Shown here one piece after another: positions 16,180 through 16,788 of a stretch of DNA of 16,788 bases; the stretch's first letter is position 1, and each line of letters begins with the position of its first letter. Made by a program: the position numbers and the translations under genes. Under the pieces are notes generated by a model. That model had not been told where the DNA came from. It did no database searches and worked only from the letters and a program-made list of their open reading frames with translations. Source of the stretch: a bacterium (GTDB lineage Bacteria > Babelota > Babeliae > Babelales > JABCYS01); the NCBI GenBank assembly GCA_027452085.1, contig DAIDHG010000019.1, forward strand, positions 1 through 16,788. Reading direction: 5' to 3'.

Positions 16180-16285
16180 TATTTTCTTACTCCATTTTGT
16201 CGTACGACTACTGGGGGTATCTTTTTCGATGATGCCTCTAGTTCATCACGAATATGTCTTATTGTCAAAAGGGAGTATATCTTTT

Positions 16286-16788
16286 TTAGAGCTCATCTCG
16301 CAATATTTGTTCTCGATATCTCTGCATAAGCCTGATCATAAAATGAATATTATGCACAGAAGCAAGTATATGGCCGGTTACTTCATTGGCCTTATACAGA
16401 TGATGGAGATAGGCCATGCTGTATTTCGAGCACGTTAGGCAGGCGCAACCTGGATCTGGCGGGTTGAAATTAAGGTTATTGCCAGAGGCCAAAATCTTCC
16501 GGCCACCGGTACTGGTAAAAAGCAAGCCATGCCGGGCGCAGCGTGTTGGGTGCGAACTATCAAAGGTATCAATGCCTAGGCGCACTCCTGCGTCAATGGA
16601 AGGTAGATCGCCAATGCCCAATAAATGATTTGGTTTATCAAGGGGCATATGAGGCATCACCTGGGAAAGCATGTTTATCATTTCCTGATGGGTTTTGCCC
16701 AGACTGCCGCCTATGGCAAAGCCATCAAAAGCGAGCTTGCCAAGTATATCAATACTCTGCTTGCGTAAGCTCACATCAACGCCACCAT
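16286..16788 (-). CDS. tgt: tRNA-guanine transglycosylase, 3' part (5' end lies outside the window)
   Basis: DGFAIGGSLG, HLLGIG, DTFDSSHPTRCARHG, zinc site CACLTC...H and AYLHHL...HN. The frame stays open to the window end (xGGVDVSLR). Confidence 0.96.
   Translation of the reverse strand, partial: GGVDVSLRKQSIDILGKLAFDGFAIGGSLGKTHQEMINMLSQVMPHMPLDKPNHLLGIGDLPSIDAGVRLGIDTFDSSHPTRCARHGLLFTSTGGRKILASGNNLNFNPPDPGCACLTCSKYSMAYLHHLYKANEVTGHILASVHNIHFMIRLMQRYREQILRDEL

Noticed and set aside
16058..16438. 126-aa plus-strand ORF
   Set aside because: It overlaps both tgt and the 636-aa gene in antisense, with no recognisable motifs.
96..16628. Remaining short ORFs in the six-frame track
   Set aside because: They lie wholly or largely within well-supported genes, on the opposite strand or in alternative frames, with no motif support.

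Overview
A bacterial chromosomal segment of housekeeping genes mixed with lineage-specific, signal-peptide-bearing hypothetical genes. In order: the 5' end of a Lys-rich ORF (probably RpoD), dnaG, mnmG, lgt, an AAA_14/DUF4143-type ATPase, a Doc/Fic toxin with an unannotated 50-aa antitoxin, a thioredoxin reductase with a signal peptide, a secreted hypothetical, a stand-alone mraY, a small secreted hypothetical, an APC amino-acid permease, another secreted hypothetical, an intergenic region of nested palindromic repeats, a TrmH/SpoU methyltransferase, two tandem paralogous secreted proteins, and the 3' part of a Chlamydia-like tgt. This content suggests a host-dependent intracellular bacterium such as Babelota/Dependentiae (TM6); that is inference, not a database result. 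The best candidate for a new system is the tandem pair at 13138-16179. Both proteins read as signal peptide, NLS-like basic patch, F-box-like motif and helical repeat body, they share ungapped motifs, and one ends in a KEN-box-like tail. They could be host-nucleus-targeted effectors that hijack ubiquitin ligases. All motif calls were made by eye.
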